A stretch of 64,000 nt of DNA from Heptranchias perlo (Eukaryota), in assembly GCF_035084215.1 (NCBI RefSeq), contig NC_090328.1, forward strand, positions 74,958,001-75,022,000. Reading direction: 5' to 3'. Below, in pieces: positions 38,598 to 51,789 of this stretch. The stretch's first letter is position 1; each line of letters begins with the position of its first letter. A program made the position numbers and the translations under genes. The notes under the pieces were generated by a model. The model had not been told where the DNA came from and did not search any database. It worked only from the letters and a program-made list of their open reading frames with translations.

Positions 38598-39015
38598 TAT
38601 AACTAGCGGACCATCTGGTTTTGTTGACCGTAAATCATAGGATATGTATTACTTGTCTCTTTGTCTTTACGTTGGTGGTTCACTTTTTCTGTCCTTTCTG
38701 TTGTGTTTTTCTGTGCCCCGTTCATCTCTGTCCTTTCTTCTATTATTTTACTAGCCATTCCCCAGGCATGCTGGCTTCCCTTTGCCCCTGAAAAGCCAGG
38801 ACACTGGAGGAGTTGGAGCTGAGTGCCAGGAAGGTACTTGGGGACTGCAGCTATAATTTGCCTAACCGACTGAAATCTGTTAATTCCAAACTTCTGAAGG
38901 ATTCAACTTTAAACAATGTGAGCACATTTTTTGAGGGATGGTTCGAGACAGAAATAACTTGTGATACCGAAGGAAAATGGAGTTCATTCAAATCTACGCT
39001 TATGGACAAGGAAAT

Positions 39016-39181
39016 GAGTCAATTTTAGTTCCTACTGGGCAGCAAATGGTCGGCAATGGGTCAGCTGCCCCTTTTACATCCTGCCCGATTTTCCTTAACA
39101 TTGACTTCAATGGGTGTAAAATGGGCATCTGACCCGCTGACTCCTGTTTCCTACCCAGTGGGAACAGTTAAAATTGACCCC
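39016..39181. mobile_element. Palindromic MITE
   Basis: gagtcaattttagttcctactggg ... cccagtgggaacagttaaaattgacccc; central cattgacttcaatg. Confidence 0.7.
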
Positions 39182-39249
39182 CATATATGTTCCTCAAATA
39201 AAAAGGCAGGTACATAGTAAAGTGAAATCCTGATGGCTAAATAGAGGTT

Positions 39250-40090
39250 TGTCAGCAAATTAAGCTCAAAAAGAAATAGTACACCAGGTACAGGGAATAA
39301 TTGTAGTACAGGAAGATATAGTTGAGATTAACTGGAGCTGCTATTAGAAAGGCCAAAGGAGTATTAGAAAAAATGATTATGCATAGGTGTGATAGTGAAG
39401 GTAAGGTCTTTTTCAGATACATCAGAAATTGGAAATTAATTAAGGACCACATAGGTCCTCAGAGATTCAGCACAACAGGTTAGGATTGAAGACCATGATA
39501 TGGCTGAAGTGCTAAATGGCTACTTTACATCTGTTTTCACTATTGAAGATGATGCTGTGTGGCCAGATAGATATTCCAAAAATTAATTCTATAGAAGTTA
39601 ATATGGAAATGGTCTTGGCTAGGATTAAGGCTTTCAAGGCTGACTGGGCTGCTGGACCTGATGACATTACCTCAGAGTACTGAAAGAAATGGGATATATA
39701 TTATGTGGGCAACTGGCTCATATATTTAACTGTCCTTGAGGTCTGGGATCATTCCTATGGACTGGAGTGAGGCTAATGTGGTTCCAGTATTCAAGAAGGG
39801 GAGTTAATCAGACCTTGAGAATTCTAGATTAGTTTGATATCAGTGATGCTAGAAAGCATTTTTAGGGATGTGATGTACAATCACATGGAGAGATTGGCAC
39901 TTGTTAGAGAATCCCATCAAGATTTTAGGAGAGTGAGGTCCTGTATCACTAACCTAGTTGAATCGTTTGAAGAAATGGCAAGGTTAGTTTAGTTGATGTT
40001 GTATATGTTGGCTGCCAAAAACCCCTAAGGTGCCGCCAGAAAACTATTGGGTAAAATATGAACGAGGGGTATTGATGGAAGGTTAAAAAT
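39250..40090 (+). mobile_element. Old CR1 fragment
   Basis: Degenerate YFTSVFT, GPD, DW.EANVVPVFKKG coding. Confidence 0.65.
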
Positions 40091-40859
40091 ATTAAAAGTA
40101 AAGTCAGATTCCTATAAGAGACCCTTCAAAACATGTCAAAATTATGAGAAAGTGGGTGGGACAAAGGCTGTCTGCCTCCTTCCAAGAGCAAAGGATGACT
40201 GCTAATTAACAAAAATGTTCCCTTCACTCTGGGAACATCCATCCCTGGGGAAGATGCCTGTTCCATCCTAATAAAATGGCAAAAAGCAGAAGAACCCATA
40301 ACAATGCTAAACATCTATTCTTGAACAAGAGCTCAGTCATATTCTCCATATTCCCCACATATGGAAGGCACAATCATGGGATAGAGACCTAAACTTGCCC
40401 TACTCCCCAGCATAATTCACAACATCTAAAAATGTTGACTGGGTGACTCTCCAGTTACAAAGTCAAATACTCTAAATCAGAACATATGCAAGACATCCTT
40501 ACAAATACAGGAATCCTACCCCTTTGCAGGATCAGGTTTTAGATACCATAGTGCATGTACTGAAACGTGTCACCCTGTACAAAAGGAATTCCCCACGCCC
40601 GTAACTATGTATACACCAACCTAACTGGATGGAATATCCTGCCCATATCACTCCTGACTAGGATGAATATAAGGATTAAAATGCTCTCTGCCTCCTCTAC
40701 CTATTTCAGAAATTACCTATCAAAGTACCAACCTGACAATTCTGTGGTCTGGATAGTCATAGTCAAGTTCTCAAAGAGGCTTCACCACTCAGTCTTTGTG
40801 GAGACTAAGTCCCTTCTTCGAGTCATGTGGCAAGTGGGCTAGATTAAGAACGGATCTAG

Positions 40860-43060
40860 GAACTCAAAACCGGGCATGCATGAAGTGCAATGGGCATTTG
40901 AAGAATTGTATTCCACCACAATCTGTAATGTCATGGGCCAGCATATCCCTCACTTCTCCATCACCACCAAGCCACTGAACCCTTGTTCAATGAGTAGAGC
41001 ATACAGCAGCAGGCATATCTGAAAATGAGGTGCCAAATTGGTGAAGCTACAACTACTACATGCATACTAAAAAAAAAGCAACATGCTTTAGCCAGATCTA
41101 AGTTTTTAAAAAATTCATTCATGGGATGTGGGTGTCACTGGCAAGGCTGGCATTTATTGCCCATCCCTAATTACCCGAGAAGGTGGTGGTGAGCCGCCTT
41201 CTTGAACCGCTGCAGTCCATGTGGTGAAGGTTCTCCCACTGTGCTGTTAGGGAGTTCCAGGATTTCGACCCAGCGACGGAGGAACGGTGATATATTTCTA
41301 AGTAATCCCTCAACCAACAAATCAGGTTGCTCGACAGCCCCACTGGGCAATTAAGCAACAGGAGGCAGCTCCATGAACATCCCCACACTTAACGATGGCA
41401 GAGCCCAGGACATGAGTGCAAATGACAAGGCTAAAGCGCTCGCAACCATCTTCAGGCAGAAGTTGCCATGTGGATGATCCTTCTCACCCTCTTCCTGAGG
41501 TCCACACCTTCAGATGTCAATCTTCAGCCAATTCGATTCACTCCACATATATGAAGAAACGGCTGAATGCTGTCGACATGGTAAACACTACAGGCCCTGA
41601 CAACTACCCAGCAATAGTGCTGAAGACTTGTGCTCCAGCTATGCATCTAGCCAAGTTGTTTCAGCATAGCCCAACACTAGCATCTACCCCACATGGAAAA
41701 TTGCACAGCTAGGTCCTGCCCACAAAAAGCAAGACAAAGCCAACACTGAGTGTTGTTATCAAGTGGCAATTACTCACCCATAACCTGCTCACAGATGTTC
41801 AGTCTGGATCACTCAGTTCCAGACCTCCAAACATGAACAGAAGAGCTGAATTCCAGGTGTGGTGACTGCCCTTGACTTCAAGGCAGCATTTGACCAAGTC
41901 AGTAAGGATCAGGGGGGAAAAAAACTGCATTGCTGGAGTCATACCTGACAAAGGAAGATGGTTGTGGTTGTTAAGAGTCCAATCTCATCCCAAAGATATC
42001 ACTGCAGGAATTCCTCAGAGCAGTGCTCTATACCCAACTATCTTCAGCTGCTTCATTAATAACCTTACATCATGTCAGAAGTAGGACTGTTTGCTGATGT
42101 TCAAAGTAGTCTATGCCCATATAGAGCAAGATCTGGATAACACCCAGGTTCACGCTGTTTAGTGTGTAACATTTAAGCCACATCAACGGGAGCGCCTAAC
42201 CTCTCACCGTGACATTACCATCACCAAATCCACTAACATCCTGGGGAGGAAAAAGGAGAAAGGGAGTCAACCCTTGACCAGAAGTTCAACTGGACCAGCC
42301 ACATATGTGCTGTGGCTACCAGAGCAGGTCAGAGGCTGAAGATTCTGCATTGAATTATTTTTTAAAAAAAGGCCTCTCCACCACCAAGGCATAAGCCAGG
42401 AGAGTGGTGAAATACTCATGCCTGGATGGCTGCAGCACTAGCTCAACACCATCCAGGAACAAGCTCAAGGGGCCAAATGGCCTACTCCTGTTCCTAGTCT
42501 GCTTGATCGGCTCCCCATCCACCAATACAATATGGCTGCAGTACATACACTCAGAAATACTGAACAGTGCTGGTCTCTATATTATGAAAAAGTTTGGAAG
42601 CACTGGAGAAGATATAAAAAAGATTTACTATGCTGGTGTTCTTTTCTCTAGAAAAGATGGCCCGATGGAAGGTGACCCGATAGAGGTCTTGATTATGAAA
42701 GAGTTTGATACTGTTGATGTAGAGATTGTTTCCACTGTGGAAACAAGAACTAGGGACTATAAAAATAAGTTACTAATAAATCCAATAGGGAATTCAGGAG
42801 GAACTTTAGCCAGAGTGGTTCAAATGTGGAACACTCTAGCACAAGGAGTAGTTGAGGTGACTAAGGGGATTTAAGCTAGATAAATAAATACGAGAAAGCA
42901 TAGAAGGATATGCTGATACGGTTAGATGAAGCTCATGTGGCATATTTAACGGCATTTAAGAGTACCATCACCACATGGACTGCAGTGGTTCAAGGCTCAC
43001 CACATTAGAGGTCAATAAATGCTGCCCTTGTCAGCTACACCCATATTCAGAGAATTAAAA
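40860..43060 (+). mobile_element. Degraded LINE of the same family as 33511-35205, with nested fragments
   Basis: GPDNYPAIVLKTCAP, GIPQSS.L.PTIFSCFIN; antisense same-family 3' end at 41103-41303; CR1 pieces at about 42460-42940. Confidence 0.75.
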
Positions 43061-44879
43061 AAGCAAACTTCGTGCTGACCTGGTGGTCCATAGCATAGCC
43101 CTTTGTTAGAACGTCACTAATATGTGAAAACCCAAGCTATAGCCATACCTATCTTTTGTTCAGTATCTGAGATTTGGTTTCCTCGCTATCTAGTTTAAAT
43201 GATCATAATTAAGTTACCTCTCAAATTTCCAAATGGATGTTGATTCTTCTCATCATCCAGTCCTACCATGACCATGTCACTTTCTGCTTGGTGTAACTCA
43301 CTCACTTGCATGGCTCATGTGCATCAAAATCCTGGTCATGCAACATCTTAAGTTGATTGCTTCATCTGTCTTTCACAACTTGCCCCTTCGGTTCCTTTTC
43401 CCTACCATCCATATAAATTCTGCCCCCCCCCCCAAATTGTCTCCATCACTGGCAAGACTTCAATCATTTCCATGTTTCCCTTACCATTCACACGATTATC
43501 TTCCCTTAACCCACTACCCTTGAGGAAAACTACCCAATCCCCACCCCTCTAGTCATCCATTCACTACATCCACTAGTATTGAGCTGCTGCACTGCTCCCT
43601 TACCCAACATATACTCCCCCAAATCAGTCTGCCAATCGACACCAATCATTTACAGGTGCAGTTCAGTACCCTCATGTATGGTGACATCAAACTTTTCTAA
43701 CCCAAATCACTTCCCCAACCCCACGAACCATCCAATTGAGTACAGCCATAGGCTGCGCCAACAGCCTTGAAACATTCTGCAAGTTAATACCACAATCCGG
43801 CTCTTGAGGGGCGTTCAATGTCAACCTGCTACTGAAAACACTGACTCACTTGCATAGAAGTATCAAGTGCAAGGTCGAGTGGCAACCCTCAGTTCATTGA
43901 AGCTATACTGTTGACAGCTGTGCCTGGAAGAAGCTGCTCTGCTAGTCAAGGTGGACAAATCTTAAGAAATTCCCTCTAGGGGCAAGAATCATGATAGTGG
44001 TCCAGATTCCTTGCTTTTTATGGATTATGGAAGACCTTGCTCAGAATCACTAAAGTGGGTATGTTTGCCTTTGAATACACAAGGCGCTGATGGCACCTGT
44101 AGTCCAAGTAGAAAGTCTATGTTTATAGAAAGAGCCAATAGGCCACCCTTACTTGGGCTGATCCCAATTTACCAACCCAATGGACCCAATTCCTGAATTA
44201 AGGCTGTGCTAGCCTCAAATACACCCATATATAGAAGATGCATAATGGAATTCAATTAATGTGTTCAGCTGCAACTTCAATTGTCAGGTGGTGACAAGAA
44301 AATGAAACCATATTAAATTTACCTTGAGACCCAGATCAATAGCTCCATGGGAAAGCTGTAGCACTCATACAATGCCCCATAAATCATAGCTGCCAGAATC
44401 TTACCTCTGAACTACTTATTTTAAAAAAAGGTCAATACATTAAAATAGTGAAGTGAATCCAACTCCACACCTCTTAACCAAATACAAAACACTAGACTAG
44501 TCCAAGTTTCTGTATTAGATGATCAAAATCTAGTCCACCTCTAGGTTTAGCTATTCAAATACTCCAGACAACTTACACAGCAGTAGAAATTTGCATAGGT
44601 TACAGTGAAATGCTTAAAGGATCTCAATGGAGACATTTTGATAGTTCTTGAGCAAACTAGGATAACATTTAATTAGAGTAATCAGTGGAAGACAATTCTT
44701 GAGCAGAAGCAATTTCAGTTATCATTCCAAATAAAAATGGCTACGTAGGGACAGGTGTCCATCCTGTTGAACTGCTAACCATTTACGTCAACTTTTGCTC
44801 ACTGTCAGCTTCTCAGCTAGCAAAAGTATGAGGAATAAGCCATCCTCAAGCAAAATATACACAAGTTTAGTTTACCTAG

Positions 44880-44885
44880 TTTATT
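44880..44885 (-). terminator. HNRNPK: HNRNPK polyadenylation signal
   Basis: AATAAA in context ttttatggttttaaaataaa, resembling the recalled mammalian 3'UTR end. Confidence 0.75.
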
Positions 44886-45272
44886 TTAAAAACCATAAAA
44901 TGTTCCTTACAAAACAAGATTGCATTCTGCACATTTACTGAATGGATCTGGCACATTTAAACTACCAGTACTATTGTCCATAAACAGTGTACATCTTAAT
45001 GTTACCATAGTTACAGGAAAAACAATACAATAAACCACTGAAACATTTAGAACAAAACGTAAAACCCAGAATCCACTCTGTCACTGTTGGAAAATTCAAA
45101 CGGTCTAAGCTGTGCTAAGGTTCACTAATTAAAACGTTACAAATGATGTAAAGCAGAATATGATCTATGCTCCCAGTGTGATCTATGTAAGCAGAGGAAT
45201 GTTGACTCTTCAAACAAAAGCAGTGACAAAAAAGCAGCGATGTATTCCTTCAATCTTCTCCGCTTTTTTGTT

Positions 45273-45303
45273 TTACAAGAACTGCCCAGAGTACTGCCTC
45301 ACA
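45273..45303 (-). CDS. HNRNPK: HNRNPK last coding exon (SVRQYSGQFL*)
   Basis: ccacag| acceptor; equivalent to the mammalian SVKQYSGKFF isoform; 13 exons total 1248 bp = 415 aa. Confidence 0.9.
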
Positions 45304-45624
45304 CTGTGGAAGGAAAGCACAGAATTAGACTTTTGAACACAAGCAATGCTCTTTAACTGCAGGCAGCCAATAAAGACAAAAAGTCCCTTAGCTTACTTTG
45401 ACCCAAATTACTTCCTGATTAAATGCACCAATCAAGTCTTCAGCCACTAGTTTACAGTTTACAACATTTTACAAACTGGATGGTTTTGCATGAGGAATAT
45501 TACCGCAACAGGTTTGCAAAAAAATTCTTAATTCTGGTTACCTAGGGTTGGTCGGTACATACTTTCCAACTTTTTTTAAAAATAGAAAACTGTGCTTTCA
45601 ATACATGCAATTAAAACAATTCAC

Positions 45625-45968
45625 TAGTGCTGGGTCGAAAGTTTGATATTCTGAACTTCTAAAGGAAATTTTTGCCTTCAGAGGTTATCAGCAATATTGC
45701 ACGCCCAATTGTGCATAAATTCAATTCCCCAAACTGACCCTTTCCGCCAGCCACCAAAACAAAAACGTTCCCGCTACCAAACTGACCTTTTCTCGTGTGG
45801 AGCTGCGGTATCTGAACGCACGGGTCAGCTTAAGGGCGCAAAGCGGCTGCTGCTGTAGCTGCACTGGGGAGAAACCAGGTAAAAAAAAAAATAAACTAAT
45901 TTGACCAAACATTTTTTTTTTCAAATGAATGTTCGGATGCGAGTGCAGATCAATTCGACCCAGCACTA
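45625..45968. mobile_element. MITE with perfect 15-bp TIRs in the HNRNPK last intron
   Basis: TAGTGCTGGGTCGAA 45625-45639 / TTCGACCCAGCACTA 45954-45968. Confidence 0.75.
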
Positions 45969-46116
45969 AAATTTCAGTTAACCAAAGCTTGTGTATACAA
46001 CAGGACAGCACAGCACTGAATTGTATTTTTATTTAACAGAAAATGGTAGTTTGCTGTTGAAGAACTTTGCAAGAATTAAACTTTTACTGAAAGTAAAGAT
46101 TGAACATAACTTTTTC

Positions 46117-46225
46117 CTGGAGAGGTATGATCTGCGCTATATGGCAGACTGTGATTTGTTGTCAATCCAACTGTCAAAAACAACAAAATCACTAGTCTTC
46201 CACACAGAACCAGACCACAATCCAA
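46117..46225 (-). ncRNA. MIR7-1: pre-miR-7 (miR-7-1 ortholog); mature 46180-46202, star 46140-46161
   Basis: UGGAAGACUAGUGAUUUUGUUGU and CAACAAAUCACAGUCUGCCAUA; known HNRNPK intronic position. Confidence 0.97.
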
Positions 46226-46528
46226 GTTGACTGATGTTCTATACTTCTCATTTTTAACATTATAGCTAATGAACTCTTACTGGACAATATTAAAAATCAG
46301 TGATTGTGAAACCATTTAAGATTCAAAAAATGCATTTTTACAAACATTTAAAACAGCAGATACCATTTGTGGAATTTGTTGCAATGGAAACAAACCAAGT
46401 TTAAAAACATTAACAGGCAGATCTCAAAGAACGTTCAAAAACATAAATGAAGGATGCTTAACAGTCTTATCATTGCCCAGCAGGAGCGAGGACAAGAGGA
46501 AGTCAGTTCAGTCGCTACACAAAGTTCA

Positions 46529-46741
<213 letters not shown>

Positions 46742-47448
46742 TCAGAAATTCAATTAGTTGATGAAATTATTGTATAAATATTGATCACTGCACAAATGTT
46801 TAGTGCACTGCCCTATATAGACACAGGGTACCAACATCCCACAAAACAGCAGAGAAATTAATTGCTAGTGCCACTGGGTTGAGGGCAGAATGTGCAAGGA
46901 CAACTCATTTTTCAAATACCATTGCAAGATCCAATATCCACCTAAATGACCTAACAATTCATCTGAAAGATAGCACTTCAGTGCAGCACTCCTTTCAGTA
47001 CTGTAACATTTGTAATCATGATCTGGAACACTCAACCTCCTGACCTAATCAAGTGTGCTACCATTAAGCACAGTGGCAGTGTCTAAATGATGCAGCTTAA
47101 GGAAACTTTTGTTCAAATTACTGACATGCCCCACTTGCATGTCCTTGAGCAACTCCTTGTGGTCCTTATAACTGATGCTAGAACTACCTAGCAGGGAGGG
47201 ATACACAACTAGAGTCTCCACGTCAGGAAGTATATGGAAACTACAATTTATATTTTATGAAAATGCACTTCCTTTAAAAAACAATTCAAACAAGATTGAC
47301 TGGTTAAAATGTGATCTGACCAAACACTGGGAACCAATTTGTTCTCCATTTTGCCAATTATTTTTAGCCTAGGCAAACTTCAAATCTCATTAGCAAGCCT
47401 TGATCTAGCTTTGGGGTAGCAAATACAAAGCAGTAGCTTGAATCTTAC

Positions 47449-47516
47449 ATCTTTGGGGATTGTGACTTGTGTAGTAATGATTGGGCCTCCCAAATCTCCA
47501 TATCCACCACGGCCAC
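47449..47516 (-). CDS. HNRNPK: HNRNPK exon
   Basis: 68 bp; [22 protein letters not shown]. Confidence 0.92.
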
Positions 47517-47603
47517 CTGAAAACCAAAAGAAAAAAACTCAGAAATAAGGAACAACTCAGCTGAACTTATCTCAAAAAGGACTGAACAAATTGACAAACT
47601 TAC

Positions 47604-47619
47604 CATATCCAGAGCCACC
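47604..47619 (-). CDS. HNRNPK: HNRNPK 16-nt microexon (GGSGY)
   Basis: Long pyrimidine tract, aacag|GGTGGCTCTGGATATG|gtaagt; needed to keep the frame. Confidence 0.88.
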
Positions 47620-48203
47620 CTGTTCAAAAAGAGGAAGGAGGGAGAGCAGAACATTAATATTTCATGATGTAAAACTTGAATCAATTAAGCTCACGGTCAA
47701 CTCCAAATCTAGCCATATTCACAAACATAGGATATCAAGTCTTCCAAAACAAAGACCTACAAGCTTGGTGTTAGGTGGTCAATAGAGCAATGAAAATGCA
47801 GAACTCCAATAACCTAGTGGGTAATTTGCATGGATACAAACCAGAAGGATATCACGTAATAAATCTGTACTGGTTATTTTGTGTTAGTCTGTGTAGCAAG
47901 TTTGATGGAGAAAGGGACAGGAGAGAAAGAAAGACTGGGACGAGAGCTTCCAGCAGGAGTAAAAAAGTGTGCTATCCATTCTAATTGTAGTTACCTCTTC
48001 CAATTTAAGCACTTCTCTAATTTCCTCAAATGTGATGGATTCTGCTTCAACAGCCACTTGCATATTTGAATAACCTCTTAAGGGAGGTTGGAAACTTTTC
48101 ACCCAATTATTGAAAGCATAAATATGAACTGGTGCACATTAGTTACTACGGTTAGTTTTAATAATGCAAATTTTACAGAAAGAATAACTGAAGTCAGACT
48201 TAC

Positions 48204-48261
48204 CATTCCTTCATAGCGGTCACTCATTCTGCTCCTGCCATAGAGAGTACGGTCACGGTCA
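48204..48261 (-). CDS. HNRNPK: HNRNPK exon
   Basis: 58 bp; DRDRTLYGRSRMSDRYEGM; phases 2/0 fit. Confidence 0.85.
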
Positions 48262-49001
48262 CTACAATGAAATAGGAGCTATTTGTAAACACAGCAACTG
48301 CCCCAAATCCAGACTACTTTGGTAAGTCAGGATGGTACAGCCTGTTGTCCACGATATGTAGCAAATAGATTTGGGACTTAATTCTACTTCCAAGCTAGTG
48401 CCACTTAAATTCTTACCAGCTGTTAAGACTACAGCTTTCAACTCAAAGCCAAACTGCTTTGGGGAGGGAGACTTATACCACCCCCACAAATATTTATCTA
48501 GTCCAAAATAGCCTCAACAGCCCTCACTATTCCAAAAATGAGCGTGGAGGGGACTGCTCAATTGTGAAACAATCCCACTGCAAATTAAATTTGTGAAGAG
48601 GGCAGATGTTGCACAACTTCAACCATGACTTTGGATGCCATTTTCTCAGCCACACTTAGTTTTGGACCAGTAAATGAGAGCCTAGCATGTACTGATATAT
48701 CAACAATGCAAAATTTATCCAATTTGGACTCACTAATATCTGTTCATAGTAATTCTACCTCCCACTGATGCCCTTTATACTACTAACATTTTCCAACAGC
48801 CCCTTTCTAATCTGTAGATAACCTTCAATGCTTCAAATTTACAATGAAATAGAACCCTAAATATATTCCACAAAGAATTCAAACAAATACAGAAACAATT
48901 ACAATGATCTTTACACCATTGGTAAAGATTAGATGGCTCAGTAACTCAATTGTGAAGGGTTACTTTTCATAGTGATGGCAACACTTCAGTATTGGACTTA
49001 C

Positions 49002-49342
49002 CCTCTGGGTGGAGGTGGAGGAGGGAGAACACGGCCACCTCTGCTGCCTCTTCCAGCACGAGGCAGAGGAGGTGGACCCCTACGAGTTGGTGGGCTCATA
49101 TCATCATAAGCATCTCTTCTGGGTGGAGGCATGGGGCGGCCACCCTGTCCTCTGTTTGGAAGTCCCATGGGACCCCTGCGCTCGTACCCAGGCGAAGGAG
49201 GATGGGGACCACCTCTGCCACGCATTTGAAAAGGGACAGGACGTCTTCCTCTGTCATCAAACATCATTGTAAAGCCACCATAATCATAGGTCTCGTCATA
49301 GAAATTCGGATCATATGGCTGTGCACGCCCTTTGACAGGTGA
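49002..49342 (-). CDS. HNRNPK: HNRNPK KI/RGG proline-rich exon
   Basis: 341 bp; [30 protein letters not shown]...LPPPPPPRG. Confidence 0.94.
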
Positions 49343-49874
49343 CTAAGACAAGAAAGAAATTAAAGACAATCATATTGCTGCTCACCTGAAGCTGCTTGTT
49401 AAGCTCATATAAAACATCCTTTGCAGTGCGTAAACATTTTATTCTGCATTGCATCAATTCGTTTTGTGCAAGTCAAGTATCTACATTTTCACTCTGCATT
49501 TTATGCTTTCAAACCACCAACCAGGGAGTACGACAAAATTACAAGTGAACACGATGTATATTTTTATAGATGCTAGTTTCAACCTTTGCCTCAAAATCTG
49601 ACCAGTTTCCAATCAAAGCCAGTAATTACTGGCAAACAGGGTACCCAGTCAATAAAGCCCCAATAATAAGTTCCCAAGTCAACAAGGTAAATAGTGTTTC
49701 AGAACTTTTAATAGACATTAATTTTGCTTTGGCAGCAAGGAATCAAAAGTAATCTTTCCTCATTAACCACTTGTACATGCCTGGAAGGTGTACTCCATGT
49801 AAATTCTTTTACTGATAATAGAATTTTAAAAATGTTACTTTGCTGTAAATGCCAAAGGATGAAGTAGTACCCAC

Positions 49875-50003
49875 CTCTGCCAATAGCCCTAGGATAATCT
49901 TGATGCACTCAACCACTCTGTCAGGCTTTCCTCCAAGCAGAACTACTCTATCAGTTGAATGAGGACAACATTCCTGGAACAATTTAATAGTTGTCTGTGT
50001 GCT
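49875..50003 (-). CDS. HNRNPK: HNRNPK KH2 exon b
   Basis: 129 bp; [32 protein letters not shown]. Confidence 0.94.
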
Positions 50004-50486
50004 CTGGAATCAAGAAGAAAAATTTCAGTCGACTAATTTCTAGGCACAAAATGGATTTTGAAAATGTACAAAAGATCATTTAGATAGTTCAGTATTCATT
50101 TGCTCACTTTATCCCATGTACGGTGAAATTTCAGAAAGTTAGGAGCACCGGAAACACATCCCTGCCCATTCTTTATGGGTAAGTGTACAGTAAAAGATGT
50201 GCCTGCTGTCATGGCTCGACATACAAGATGACTTTCTGAAGGAGGATCGGCAAATCCACCCATCCTGAGAATCTAACTCCCTTACCCAGGGCAGCTTTAA
50301 AACCACTTTACAAGTGGTGTGAATCCAGTAGTATGCGCTCTAGACAGACATATTTAAGTATGCGGAAAACACAGCAGCAGGTTCCAGGTGAACATGCATC
50401 TATTAATCTGACTAGTTACAAAACACTCAATCAAGTTTTCATGCAGTAATTGCAAAATGACTAGTTCAGAGGTAAATTCAACTTAC

Positions 50487-50600
50487 TTCTCTTAGCTCCT
50501 TTATCTTTACTCCCTTGACACCAATTATACTTCCAGCCTGGCTCTGATGAACCAGCATTCTTAGTTCACAATCAAAATCCTTTCCTTTATAGTGTTGGTA
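50487..50600 (-). CDS. HNRNPK: HNRNPK KH2 exon a
   Basis: 114 bp; [30 protein letters not shown]. Confidence 0.94.
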
Positions 50601-50774
50601 CTGTAGGGTCAAAAGTTCAACAACAGGAGCATAAAATTCTAGAACTATCACTTCCTATTTAATGTTCTCATTCAAAGTTAGAATTCTAGGCTGATTATTT
50701 AGCATGAGTGTAAGCAAAGCCACATTTCATGCAAATTATGCCAACTGGTCATTAAAAAACCGAGCATGGCTCAC

Positions 50775-50847
50775 CTCTTCCAAAGTTGGGATGATCTTCG
50801 ATAATATATCACCAATTGTATCAATATCCGCATTTATACTCAATATG
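50775..50847 (-). CDS. HNRNPK: HNRNPK KH1 exon
   Basis: 73 bp; ILSINADIDTIGDILSKIIPTLEE. Confidence 0.93.
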
Positions 50848-51745
50848 CTGCCAATTTTTTTTAAAGCATTGACGATTTAAGGAGAAAGGAAACAAAAACA
50901 AACGAGTGAGTAAGCCATTCATAGCATTCTGAAACACAATGTAATCATTAACTTGATACATACACATTAATGTTTTTTACAAGTACTTAGTAAAACCCCC
51001 ATTATAAATATTTACTAATAAACATGCAAATTTAACTAATTAACATTTCAAATTAAGACAGCTTTGGAAAAATGGGTAACTGGAAGGGCTCAGATTAAGT
51101 GGGCAAGAAAAACGACGTATAGCTGAGAGCAGAAAGTGGAAAATTCATTCTTCCCCACCACCAGTAATTTGAGAAACCCCTGGAAATATATTAGCAATTT
51201 TGGCACACCTTCTCATAGGCAAAAGCAGAAGAGGTATGTGAGTATCATGGAGAACAGTATTAAAAAAGGTGTTCGACAGAAATTTGGAGAAAAGTTAAGA
51301 AACTAGTTGTGGAAACAGCACTACTATGCCCCTGCAAGAAACCAAATACAAAACAAAGACAAAAACAATGAGACAGAACAAATGAAAGTAGAGGGTGACA
51401 AAGTTAGCTTGTAAGACTATGAATAGGCAATGTGGGGAGCAAGGTGGGCCACAAGGATAGTGCAAGAAAGACAGATTAACAAATCATGATTTACAATGCA
51501 GCAAATATGCAACACTTGAAGCTGTGCTCCTTCCATTAAAATGAATTAGTGGATTGCTCTGGGTGGGCAACTCACGTAATAAAGACCAGCCACAAAAGAC
51601 TTAAATGGGGAAAATAGACAGAAAATAACTTGAAAAACAGTACACTTTCTATAAGGGGCTACTAATTAATAACAACAAATTCAGGTTATATAGATACAAT
51701 TCCTCGTTCTAATCAGGCAGTGAGTCATAAACTGTTGGGACATAC

Positions 51746-51789
51746 CGCTCGGGGCCACTGCTGTCTGGGACTGATACACTGGCATTGTA
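51746..51789 (-). CDS. HNRNPK: HNRNPK 44-nt KH1 exon
   Basis: YNASVSVPDSSGPER. Confidence 0.93.

Noticed and set aside
43840-44280. Possible LTR-retrotransposon remnant
   Set aside because: No motif I can identify with confidence
47995-48080. Possible extra HNRNPK exon ending GAG|GTAACT
   Set aside because: Candidate acceptors give a stop or a phase mismatch, and there is no similarity to hnRNP K
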